In this document: one piece after another, positions 35,960 through 45,800 of the stretch
Layout: every line of letters begins with the position of its first letter
How positions within the stretch are numbered: position 1 is the first letter of the stretch
NCBI RefSeq assembly: GCF_000981445.1
Contig: NC_027217.1
Coordinates: 1,860,001-1,924,000, forward strand
Reading direction: 5' to 3'
DNA from: Babesia bigemina
Lineage: Eukaryota
Length of the DNA: 64,000 nucleotides
Translations under genes and position numbers: made by a program
Notes under the pieces: model-generated
The model's input: the letters and a program-made list of their open reading frames with translations, nothing else
What the model was told of the DNA's origin: nothing
The model's database searches: none

Positions 35960-37246
35960 TTAAAAGTGCTCGCAGTCGACGTTGTCCAGCCGACACCGCA
36001 GGAAATCGTTCAGGTTGTATTTACATCCGCAGCGGTCGTTGATGATCTGGTGCGTGTTGAAGAAGTACGTCTTCAGACGCTCCGAGCGCTTCGCGCGCTT
36101 TATCTGCCAAGCGGGTAAACGCGTACACACCGGCCCGTACCTGCGATATGCGGCGACTCTGGGCGTCTTCCCGGGCGTCGGACTCCCGCTCCCGCGCCAG
36201 CTGCAGCCGCAGACGCTCGAGCGCGATCTCCTTGTTCTTGCTCTGGGTCCTGCATTCGCATTGGCGGCGGGTTGTGCTAGACCTGCGTACCTCTCCTCCT
36301 GGCATTCGATGCGGATGCCGGTCGGCTTGTGCCGTAACGCGGCGGCGGTCTCAACCTGTCTGACGTGAGGGCCGCTACGCTGCAGTGGCGATCTACCTTG
36401 TTGACGTTCTGGCCGCCCGCGCCGCTAGAACGGCACGTCTTCCACTCGATGTCGCGCGGGTCGATCACCACCTGGCTCAGGATCGAGTCGAACTGGGTCT
36501 CCGTGAGCTCGGTCGGCAGCACGGCCACGGTGGCGGTGGAGGAATGCATGCGACCCTGGTACGCAGCGATGACGGCGTTGAGGAACAGCTCGACATACCG
36601 ATTTCTCACTTGTAGGGACTCGCTTCACCTGGTGGATGCCAGCCTCCCGCAAAAACCGCTCCTCCAACCCGCTACAGCTGCGGCCGTTCAGGGGCTTCGG
36701 AATGTTACACCCACCCGTTCTCCCGGAACTTGCTGTCGTCCCCGGTGATGCGCAACACCGTCGTTGTGCCGCACTGAGATCGATTGTGGGTGATCATTAG
36801 TGGCTCACCAGTTCTTCGCGTACGGTGCAGCCCCTGGACAAGCAGAACTTCTTGAACGTCTGCGAGGCATTGGCAGCGCAGCGCCTGTAACCTACCTTAG
36901 CCAACTCCTGGGCCCACATGGACGCCTCTGTGCCGCCTACGCCCGGCCGGACCTCAACGGCGACGCTGGAATTGTGCGCCCGAAGCGGCGCGTGGCGGCG
37001 GTGGAGGAACGGGCCGTCACGCGATACGAATAGAATGCTATGGCGCGATCGGGTTTGGAATCCGCGCGATAAGGCCGAAGCCGGGCCAATGAGTGCGATG
37101 GCAGCCTCAAAGAGGCCAAGCGCGCCCAGGAAGGCTGCGCAGGGCGCCTGCCGCAACGACTCAGAGCCACATCCCGTACGCAGCACCAAAAGTGACCATA
37201 CCGCTACACATTGCAACAGTGGCACTGCAGACGTAAGAAGGCGCAT
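35960..37246 (-). CDS. prfA: Bacterial-type peptide chain release factor 1, probably apicoplast-targeted, multi-exon
   Basis: Signal plus transit-like leader; '[11 protein letters not shown]', '[30 protein letters not shown]', '[14 protein letters not shown]' (GGQ), 'RSERLKTY'. Confidence 0.92.
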
Positions 37247-37354
37247 TTACATAGGTTACAATTCACGGTGACGTTTGACGCGCCAGCAGGCCCAGCGTGG
37301 TCACGCCGCGGCGCGAACGTCGCCTCCACAGCACGGAATTTTCTCCGGCCGCGG

Positions 37355-40300
37355 CTAGTGCTCGCGCGCAAGCAGCGATTTCACGTAGCGAACCAGCGTT
37401 GCGCTGCTGTCGATTTTGCGGGGCTGGCCGTAGCAGTCACGCAGCGGCTCCACCTGGAACGACACCCCCGTGAAATGGCGCTCGTCGTCGTTGTCTGACG
37501 AAGCCGACGTCATCAGCCGGCGTGAGGAGGAATCGGGCTCCAGGCTGGAGTCCCCGTCCGGGGACGGAGACGTTGCGCTACGATCGCTGCGGCGGCCAGA
37601 TGCGTGGGCCTCCGCCCGGCTCCAGCCGCGCGCGTGGGACATCGACGGGTCCAGATTCCGCTGTTCCGATAGCACCTCTCCGTTGTCCTCGTCTTCCGCA
37701 GACCGTTCCGTCAGCGCAGGGTCCGATCGGTGGGTGATGCTGCACGGCTCCACCGAGGAGGGGGAGGCCGACCCGGTGCGCTGCAGGTGGATCCTGAACT
37801 TCACGGCGCCAGTTTGACGCAGCCGCTCGTGGAAGTGGTCGGTGTGGATCAGCGGCAACGCGCGGCACTCGCAGCTGATGCCGGCGTCGATCAGCCGGCA
37901 CGCAAGCGAGCACGCAGCCGGCAGCAACCGGGTGCTCTGGCACGTGATCACGGCGTCCAGGTGGTCGGGGTGGATCGAGTCCACGTGGTTCGTGTTCACA
38001 ACCTTGGTGTCGAGGGAGGACCACAGGGTTTGCATGAGGTACTCCGCGTAGCACTGCACGGCGCCGGACTCGCCCACGACGGTGCCCCCCACCACCGCCA
38101 GCGCCTCCGAGTGGTCGGACACCACGTAGCACCCGAATGACGGGAAATCGATAGCGCCTTCACAAAGCTCCATGACGTTAGACTCGGGGATGAACTCCAT
38201 GCAAAAGGGCTCCAGGCTGCCCAGGGTGTTCAGCATTCTCGCCATCTCCACCATGTGCCCCATGCGGCGCAGGTACTGCTCCTGCAGCTGGTGCAGCGCC
38301 CCGGAGGGCTCCTGAGCGTCGCTAGACAGAGATTCCGAACTCTTGGAGCCAATGCCGCTACCCAGGACCCTATCTCCATCCGAAGTGCCATCGTAGCCGA
38401 CCGGTAGCCGACGGGTGATGTCGGCGTCGAGTTTCCTGAAGGCGCGCTCGTACGGGCTCGCGGTGCCGCGTATCGAGTCCCTAACCAAGGCGTGCATGCG
38501 CTTGAGCGCGACGGGAACAGGCCACCGGCGACGAAGGAGGCACGCTATGCGTTCCAACCGCTCCTCGTCGTTTTTACCAGGTGCGTCCGAGCCGCTGCAC
38601 TGGACGAACAGCTTCCATAGCGTGTATTGGTTCACGTCCACCGTGGAGATGCCCGTGTAGATGTCGTGCGCCACCTCGACGTTGGTCCCGAACACGAACG
38701 CCAGGAAGTCGATGACCAGCGGCGGGAAGTGCAGCGCAAGCACGACCGACGACCACAACCCCAAGGACTCCAGGGAGTCCACGGTGTTGCGCAGCAGGTC
38801 GCATTCCATCGCCAGAAGCCGCAGCTCCGGCAGGCCCAGCACGTGCGGTTGCACAGCCGAGCGCTTCGTCACGCGAGAGGGCTGGTACGGCATCATGTCC
38901 ACGTCGAAGCTCAGACTGCAACTGAGGACTGCCGACAACTTGCAGGAGCTGCCGTCGAACACCTCGCCGACGGTGAACCGCTTCAGATAGAGGTTGTGAC
39001 CGTTGCGCGGCGCGCGGCGCAGCGTCTCCTGCAGCGAGCGCACCAAACTCCGAGGCAGACTCAGCACGGTGTTGCAGTCGTCGAGAACCACCACGCTGGC
39101 CTCGCCCTTCGTCTCCGGGGCCAGCGGGTACAGCACTGACGTCGGGCCGACCACGATGGAGCGACGGCGCATGAAGGACTCCAGACCCTCAATGAGAAAC
39201 GACAGCGTCGACAGTGACTCCAGAGGCACGTCCGTTCGCAACATGGTCAAGTCGCTCTTCCAGCCACGACGGAAGAAGAACTTCAGCGCGTCCACCGCTT
39301 CCTCCGACAGAGGGTTCTGCAGACGACGCAGGTACTGCCGGTAAAGGTCGCCGTCCATCACCGGGGGCACCAGCGTCTCCCGCAGCAGCTCCACGGCAGT
39401 CGGGCGCCGGTCGGCACTCACCAGCCGCATGATCGTGCTGACGATGATGGGCGGCGTCGAGTGCAGAAAGTACTTGGGGAACTTCTGCGTGGTGATGATG
39501 TTCGTGAACACGTCCTTGAAGAGCCGCTCCTCGATCGGCGGGTGCCACATGCGGAAGATGAGCACGCCCAGCGCGAACATGTCCTCTTGCTGCGCGTCGT
39601 AGTCAGAGGTGCCCTGCAGAGCCGACAGGTCGTCGAAGTTTATGGCAGGACCGACGCCGAACGTCGACGGGTGGTAGGCGAAGAGCTCCTTGCGCAGCTG
39701 CCTGGCGTAATCCCGGCACGTGCATTGCGGGTGCTGGCAGAAGAACCCGGAGTAGCAGAACTCGCGCAGCAGCCGCGCCAGGCCGAATTCGCACACCTTC
39801 AACCCAGTGCCGGACGCGTCGGTGTACACGATGATGTTCTGCAGCGACAGCGCCTGGTGGTACGCGTTGTTGCTGTGGAGGTACGCGAGCACGTCCAGCA
39901 GGTGCCGGGTGAAGGTCCAGATGCGTTGCGAGTTCTGGTAGAGCGCGTCGTGCTGGATCACCTGGTCGAGGCTGGTGCCGTCGCAGTGCTCCATCTGGAT
40001 GTACATGCGACGCCGCGTCACGGCCTCGCTCAGCAAAAAGTCGGACACGCCCTCGTCGCCGCACCTGGTGGAGTTGAGCAGCAGCAGCTGCGTCGACTGC
40101 CGCAGTGAAAGGTGGTCGTCGCTTTCATCCACGCTGGTAAACGTCAGCCGGCCATCCAGCAGCGCCTCGGCGCGACGCATCAGCTGCGATATCACCTCGA
40201 ACAGCTGCACCTTCTCCACCCAGCACTGGTAGTAGCGCGCAATGCTGTTGTGCTGCAGACGCGCCAGCAGCGCCACCGACGACACCAGCTGCTGGATCAA

Positions 40301-41737
40301 CACCTTCCTGCGCAGACTGAACCTCTCGATGTCGTCGTTCACGTCGAACTTGCTCCGCTGCGTGTCGAGGATGCAGTAGCTGGGCAGCACGTACGTGCGC
40401 ACCATGTAGAGGTTCTGGTCCAGCATGTGCTGCGCCTTCACGAAGCTCGAAAAGCCGTTGTTCAGGATCGTCATCGTCTCGGTGAAGTCCTCGCAGTAGC
40501 GCTCCACGGAGTTGGTGCACGCCAGCGAGTCGAGCAGCGCCTTGGACCGGCTCACTGCCAGCATGGTCTCCGGGTCGAGGGGCGCGGAATCGCCCCTGCC
40601 GTACAGCCGTGGTTCACCTGCACCCCCGATCTCCGAAGGCGTCTGCGGCATCACAGAGAGCATGATGGGCGTCTTGTCAGTGGCCACATCAGTACCCTCG
40701 GTCTGCCACTCGTTCTCGTTTGACCAGGTGCGCTGCGACCTCGTCGGAGCCACGAGGTTCAGCGACTCATTACGCGTCAGCGGGTGCCAATTACGGTCGT
40801 CGCCTCGTGACGCGCCGTTGATTTGGAACCGGTACCGGCTGGATGGCTCGTTCGAGCTGTCGTCAACGGTCCTTCGGCCGGTCTCGTACCATAGTGGCGA
40901 CTGCACCAGGGACTGCAGGGACCAGCCGCCTATGTCGAAGCTCGAAGCGTACATCTCACGGTCAACAGTGGAGTTTTCGTTGTAAGACAGCGTCAACCGG
41001 CTATACGGCGCCGACGTGGTAGGCGAATCTGTGTCAGACCCGTCCGACGGGTTCAGGTAGATCCGCGCCTTCGTTTCGGCGAACTCCACGGGCGCGTCCA
41101 ACGCGGCCATGCCGGGCGGCAGGCGGTCGCCAGCGAATGTTATCACGGATTCGGGCAGCGGCAGAGTAGCTTGCGTGATCTGCGTGTGGTCGACGTCGAG
41201 CGCCACGCCCGTGGTCTCGTCCCACAGCTGGTACTGGTTGGCGTGAATGTCGCCCAGCAGCTCGTTCAGGCTCATCGCCGCGTTAAACACGCACACGCCA
41301 TCCTCAGTGTCCCTCACGACCCGGTCCAAATGCGATACCATGCTCTGCCGGCTGGCGGGTGATAGCGACATGTTCATCATCACCACGATGCCGGGCTGCG
41401 CAGCGGGGTAATCGGTCGGAAAGGTCACCTCCACGAAGCTCTGCGCGATGTCGACGTCGCCAGAGTTGTCTCCTGTGTACGGCGAAAGGCGGAAACCGAC
41501 CTTCAGCAGCGAGCCCGGCGCCGCCTCTTCCGACACCTCGGGGTAGAGCTCGATGCGGCTGCGCACGGTGACGCGCGAAAGCAGCTCCTCGTACTCCGCC
41601 AGAGGCATGAGGTCCTCGGCGAAGAGCGACTCGTCGATCCCACCCCGGCATTGTACCGTCGCCGGGTAAAAGATGTAATGCAGCGCGTGGATTTCATCTA
41701 GCTGTGCCTGCAGATTCCCCGGCAGCAACTCAGTCAT
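37355..41737 (-). CDS. GCN2: GCN2-like protein (RWD + eIF2alpha-kinase-like domain + HisRS-like + anticodon-binding-like), predicted pseudokinase
   Basis: RWD 'QLDEIHALHYIF..FPTDYP'; kinase-like 'RYCEDF', 'LARLQHNSIARYYQCWVE', 'MYIQMEHC', 'DMFALGVLIFRMWHP', 'RRPTAVELL'; HisRS-like 'VLDDCNTVLSLP...LKRFTVGEVF'. Confidence 0.88.
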   Translation of the reverse strand: MTELLPGNLQAQLDEIHALHYIFYPATVQCRGGIDESLFAEDLMPLAEYEELLSRVTVRSRIELYPEVSEEAAPGSLLKVGFRLSPYTGDNSGDVDIAQSFVEVTFPTDYPAAQPGIVVMMNMSLSPASRQSMVSHLDRVVRDTEDGVCVFNAAMSLNELLGDIHANQYQLWDETTGVALDVDHTQITQATLPLPESVITFAGDRLPPGMAALDAPVEFAETKARIYLNPSDGSDTDSPTTSAPYSRLTLSYNENSTVDREMYASSFDIGGWSLQSLVQSPLWYETGRRTVDDSSNEPSSRYRFQINGASRGDDRNWHPLTRNESLNLVAPTRSQRTWSNENEWQTEGTDVATDKTPIMLSVMPQTPSEIGGAGEPRLYGRGDSAPLDPETMLAVSRSKALLDSLACTNSVERYCEDFTETMTILNNGFSSFVKAQHMLDQNLYMVRTYVLPSYCILDTQRSKFDVNDDIERFSLRRKVLIQQLVSSVALLARLQHNSIARYYQCWVEKVQLFEVISQLMRRAEALLDGRLTFTSVDESDDHLSLRQSTQLLLLNSTRCGDEGVSDFLLSEAVTRRRMYIQMEHCDGTSLDQVIQHDALYQNSQRIWTFTRHLLDVLAYLHSNNAYHQALSLQNIIVYTDASGTGLKVCEFGLARLLREFCYSGFFCQHPQCTCRDYARQLRKELFAYHPSTFGVGPAINFDDLSALQGTSDYDAQQEDMFALGVLIFRMWHPPIEERLFKDVFTNIITTQKFPKYFLHSTPPIIVSTIMRLVSADRRPTAVELLRETLVPPVMDGDLYRQYLRRLQNPLSEEAVDALKFFFRRGWKSDLTMLRTDVPLESLSTLSFLIEGLESFMRRRSIVVGPTSVLYPLAPETKGEASVVVLDDCNTVLSLPRSLVRSLQETLRRAPRNGHNLYLKRFTVGEVFDGSSCKLSAVLSCSLSFDVDMMPYQPSRVTKRSAVQPHVLGLPELRLLAMECDLLRNTVDSLESLGLWSSVVLALHFPPLVIDFLAFVFGTNVEVAHDIYTGISTVDVNQYTLWKLFVQCSGSDAPGKNDEERLERIACLLRRRWPVPVALKRMHALVRDSIRGTASPYERAFRKLDADITRRLPVGYDGTSDGDRVLGSGIGSKSSESLSSDAQEPSGALHQLQEQYLRRMGHMVEMARMLNTLGSLEPFCMEFIPESNVMELCEGAIDFPSFGCYVVSDHSEALAVVGGTVVGESGAVQCYAEYLMQTLWSSLDTKVVNTNHVDSIHPDHLDAVITCQSTRLLPAACSLACRLIDAGISCECRALPLIHTDHFHERLRQTGAVKFRIHLQRTGSASPSSVEPCSITHRSDPALTERSAEDEDNGEVLSEQRNLDPSMSHARGWSRAEAHASGRRSDRSATSPSPDGDSSLEPDSSSRRLMTSASSDNDDERHFTGVSFQVEPLRDCYGQPRKIDSSATLVRYVKSLLAREH

Positions 41738-41771
41738 GGCTGCGCCAAAACGCCGCTCATCGGCGTACCAT
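41734..41771 (-). promoter_or_regulatory. Two chained upstream ORFs (41771-41757 and 41760-41734), each ending in an ATGA stop/start overlap
   Basis: Minus strand reads ATG GTA CGC CGA TGA, then ATG AGC GGC GTT TTG GCG CAG CCA TGA, then the main ATG at 41737. Function unproven. Confidence 0.45.
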
Positions 41772-42442
41772 CCGAGTTGTTAACGACGCCAAGTGCAGTT
41801 ATTCCTCAACCGTGTTTGTCCAGAGGCTCCAATGACGGAGCATTGCTGATCTCACGAGGGCGCCCCGGCGAAGCGATTTTCCGCTTAAACAGTCTTCCAC
41901 ATCCAATGTGTACCTCGACTTATATCGCGATAGATTTAATATGCGCGCGATGACAAAAACAGTGACCAGGAGCCGCCATGTGTGCATTGGACACGGCACC
42001 TGCAACGCCGACACCTGCAGTTGCAGGCGACCGAAAGCGAAAATACAAGCCACCTCGGAACGAGTTGCCACAGCTGTAAGTGGCATTTATTATGAAATAA
42101 CAGATATAAAACGGCAGTCGGAGGTGGCGCTGCCTCCAGTGCTCAAAAATGAGTACATAACTGATACGTTCGAGACGTCGTAGAGGGCGGCGTTGCTGGC
42201 GATGCACGCAACACATCAGACGTGTCTACTCAATTAAAAAGACCAAAAGGCGCAATGTGTCTTAAGGAAGACACCGGCTACCACGTAAATGTCAAAAAAC
42301 GGCATTACTGCATTTGCTATCTCCCGCATCGGCGACGCAAAATCACAAGCATCTTGCGCAGTTCATGACTATCAAATCTGGCAAATAGGTCCTTAAGGAA
42401 GCTGGTTTACACATAACAATACCGCGAAACGGTAAAAACAAC

Positions 42443-42516
42443 AGCCTACAGCCGGATTCGAACCGACGACCTTTCGCTTACTAAGCGAATGCTCTAACCT
42501 ACTGAGCTATGCAGGC
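42443..42516 (-). tRNA. trnT-AGT: tRNA-Thr (AGT)
   Basis: Cloverleaf GCCTGCA TA GCTC AGTAGGTTA GAGC A TTCGC TTAGTAA GCGAA AGGTC GTCGG TTCGAAT CCGGC TGTAGGC T; TTTTT terminator at 42434-42438. Confidence 0.97.
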
Positions 42517-42816
42517 TCCAAACGGGGAGCCAATGTTTCGACTACAATGTCATTTCCTGTATATACTCGACACCGCTCCGGCCGTGCAGAACAGACACAA
42601 GACCTTTCGATACCATAACTCCTCACTAAAACGGTGATACATTACACAGCTACACATTGACATAATCTGCAAGTATCTCACTCGACGTTTGCGCCGGTGC
42701 GCGGTTCGTGAAAGGAATCTTCCCTATGGACAACCTTGAGTAGCCTTCCATTGCTGGAAGCATGGCCGGACGACCGCAGATCATCCATGGGTCACGCTGC
42801 CAACTATGTGTGTCGG

Positions 42817-45800
42817 ATGGGCGGAGTGAAACTGCTGGCACTGCTGTTATCACTGCTGCACAGCTGCAATGGCGAGCGGAGGTTACATCGTGAGCCGTGC
42901 ATCCGCGCGCTGCAGCCTTCCGTGCAGATACATGCCTACATCGGTGTCTTACGAACTTCAAGTCGTTATGTGAACTCTAGAGGGTCGCTTTCCAAGGTTA
43001 ACGTGGCGGATAGCGCTGAATGTGTCGAGGAGGATGTGGATCAAAATGGATTCACCTCTGAAGGTAGCAGGGATGAAGGATCAAGGCGGTCTAATGACCA
43101 CGCGATCACTTCTTGCGATGCTACGGTTAATAACAATGGTATTGTAGGGCCTGCAGAGCCCACTGCGTATGCCGGCATTGATGATGCTAAGCGACAGGAG
43201 CAGCAGACTGAGCAGATGATTTTGCTGCCTGAGGATCGGAGTCGCTATGAATACATCACAAGGTTATCGGGGGATGGAACTGACGACCACGTTGAGCAGA
43301 ATGGAGAGCTTTCGTCGGCCTCTACCGAAGACTACGGCAACAGGAAGGAGGATGCAGTGCCAAACGAGTTGCGAAACGCCAACAGCACGTATCCTGAAGC
43401 GTACTCAGGGGGTTTTGAGCGCAAACAACGTAACAAAGAGGCGGTGTCAACGCAAACATCTGCGAACCAGCCACATTCACCACGTGCGGCACCCGTTAAG
43501 AGCGTTAATCTAGATGATATGGTGGAGGAGGCGTTCAAGAACCAAAAGCCGGCCGACCATATCTGCATAATGCGTTATACAGCGGGGTATAGAGCTGAAT
43601 TCTTGAAGGAACTGTTAGGGCGCCTGGGCGAGCACAAACGCAAGACGAAGAATGCTCCGCACGTGCTCTACGTGGACCGATTCCCTCACAACCTTAAAGC
43701 CATACGCGAGTCTCACAAACAGGAAATGGATGATTTCGGCAAGGTTAACACCATATCGAAGCGGAAAATCAGCATCGCCCCCAACAACCTGTTCACCATT
43801 GCGGAACTGGTGGAACTGTCACTGGTATACCACGCCATAAACACGTACGGCGAAGAACGCGCCGCGGAACTCTTGGAACATCTGCGTAACATGCGGCTGC
43901 ACGATAAGATTGTCGAATACGACTTATGTGAGGAGGAAGCGTTCGCTGATGAAGCAAGTGCCGGCACTCCGGAAAATGATGCAAAAGCAGTTACCGAATT
44001 ATCTTTCAAGGGGGCCCCGGTTGATGAGACAAATCAGGAGGAGTTCGCTGCAGTGCTGCGATCACTCATCGAATCGTTTTTCCTATCGCATGATGAGGTG
44101 GCCAACCGAGATTGGAATTACGATGGCGTATTTGCGCCGCAGAAGGAAACATTGATCTCGGCACGAAGGCTGTTGCAGAGCACTTACCATAGCGCCGCGC
44201 AGCTTGCCGACAGGTTGCAAATCAACGAGCCGAGTAAACGAATAGTGATACTTGATGGGTTTGCGCCACGATATTTCCCCACCGAAGCGACTCATGGAAC
44301 GGCGCTATTCGATTTGGTAATGACCGCAATGCGCAAGGAGTGTCAGATAGCCGCAATGTCGTATCAGCTGTTCAACCCCCAAAATGTGGCGCAATGGATG
44401 CGGAGGAACATCGGACCCGCTGATTTCGGTGTCGCGGCCCAATTCCCAGAGTGCAGAGTTTTCAAAGACGACTGGCATTTCAACCCGTTCGAGAATGGGG
44501 CAACACCGACTTACGGTATTGCGGAGGTTAATTTCCTAAGAAAGGTGCTCGCGGAGAACCACCTGTGTCCCCGGACGCTGTTTCACAAACCCATCAAAGA
44601 CACCACCCCTTCAAACTGGCCTATAAACAAGCAGTTTGAGGCTATGCTGAAGGACATTCTAAAGCAGGCGATGTTGATTAACGGCATCGACACCATGCAT
44701 AAGCTCAAGCACCACAGTCGGGGTACCTATGACTACGTGAAGCAATACCTTCCCGGCGGGAAGGGGCACAGGCCAGCTGAGAAGATAGGGGAAAGTGGTG
44801 CAACGGTCTACGGCGCATCAGACGAGGCTCCACAATCAACGGAACAGCCAGATGACACCGAGTCCATGACGATCGACGATTTACTGGATCAGGTCATTGA
44901 CTTGGGGAGACGGCACGGGGCAGTTAAGCTGATGCAGAAGTTGAACCTCAACTCGGCCATCCAATCGATGTCCAACCAGGTGGCTAAATCGGTTATCGAC
45001 CGAGTTATGAAGGACGGGATTTATCCCACTGTAATCTTCGCGCGACACGCAGACGTAGAGGAGTACAAGCCTGTGTTGCTAGAAAATTTCGAACCGATCC
45101 AAGAGATGGAGAACCTCGTTAAGGAGTACGCTCTTGATTCGGGTGACGTGGAATACCTAAAACGAGGCGTAGCATGTTTAGGACGGAACGTACACCCCTT
45201 AACTGAGGATTTTGTGAAGCGGCACCTCCACATGTTCAAGGTGGTGGTGACGTTCCTAGGGTTGAGAGGCGCACGGCACTATGTTTGCCAGTATCCAATG
45301 GACCAAAGGTTGAACAATATACAAACGTTGCGGTACCCCGCGCCGCTGCTGAGCACGGTTCTCGGCGCAGAGCGACTGTCGTTTTACGGCATGCCGCCCA
45401 GCTCGACGCTGAATGCCTTGTCCAGCTTGCTTTCGACCATCCCGACTGACTACAGATGGTTCGTTCCGCTGGCGGCGCTGAAGCACTCTATGGCGCACCT
45501 ACCAGAGGCCGTCATGTCAAACCCCAAGCTTGCCAGCAGCTTTGAAAAGGGGACCTTCGCCAAATTCATGATGGACTGCTCCGACGCCTACGTAGACAGG
45601 AACGACGGTGTGTTTAACGCGGCCTCGGATGGCACCGAAAAGGTTAATTGTTGCACTGAGTTATACCGCAGGCGGGGCAACACATCCTACACCAGTGCAT
45701 TGGCGAAAGTGCCGTCTCATAAGTGGGAGGAAAACGTGTTGTACTACGGTAGTAATGGTTATCGTACATCACGTAAATACGCTAACCAATCGGCGGAGAA

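Noticed and set aside
41975..42030. EGF-like peptide CIGHGTCNADTCSC in plus-strand ORF 41908-42183
   Set aside because: Lacks the closing G..C, has no signal peptide or neighbouring modules; probably chance.
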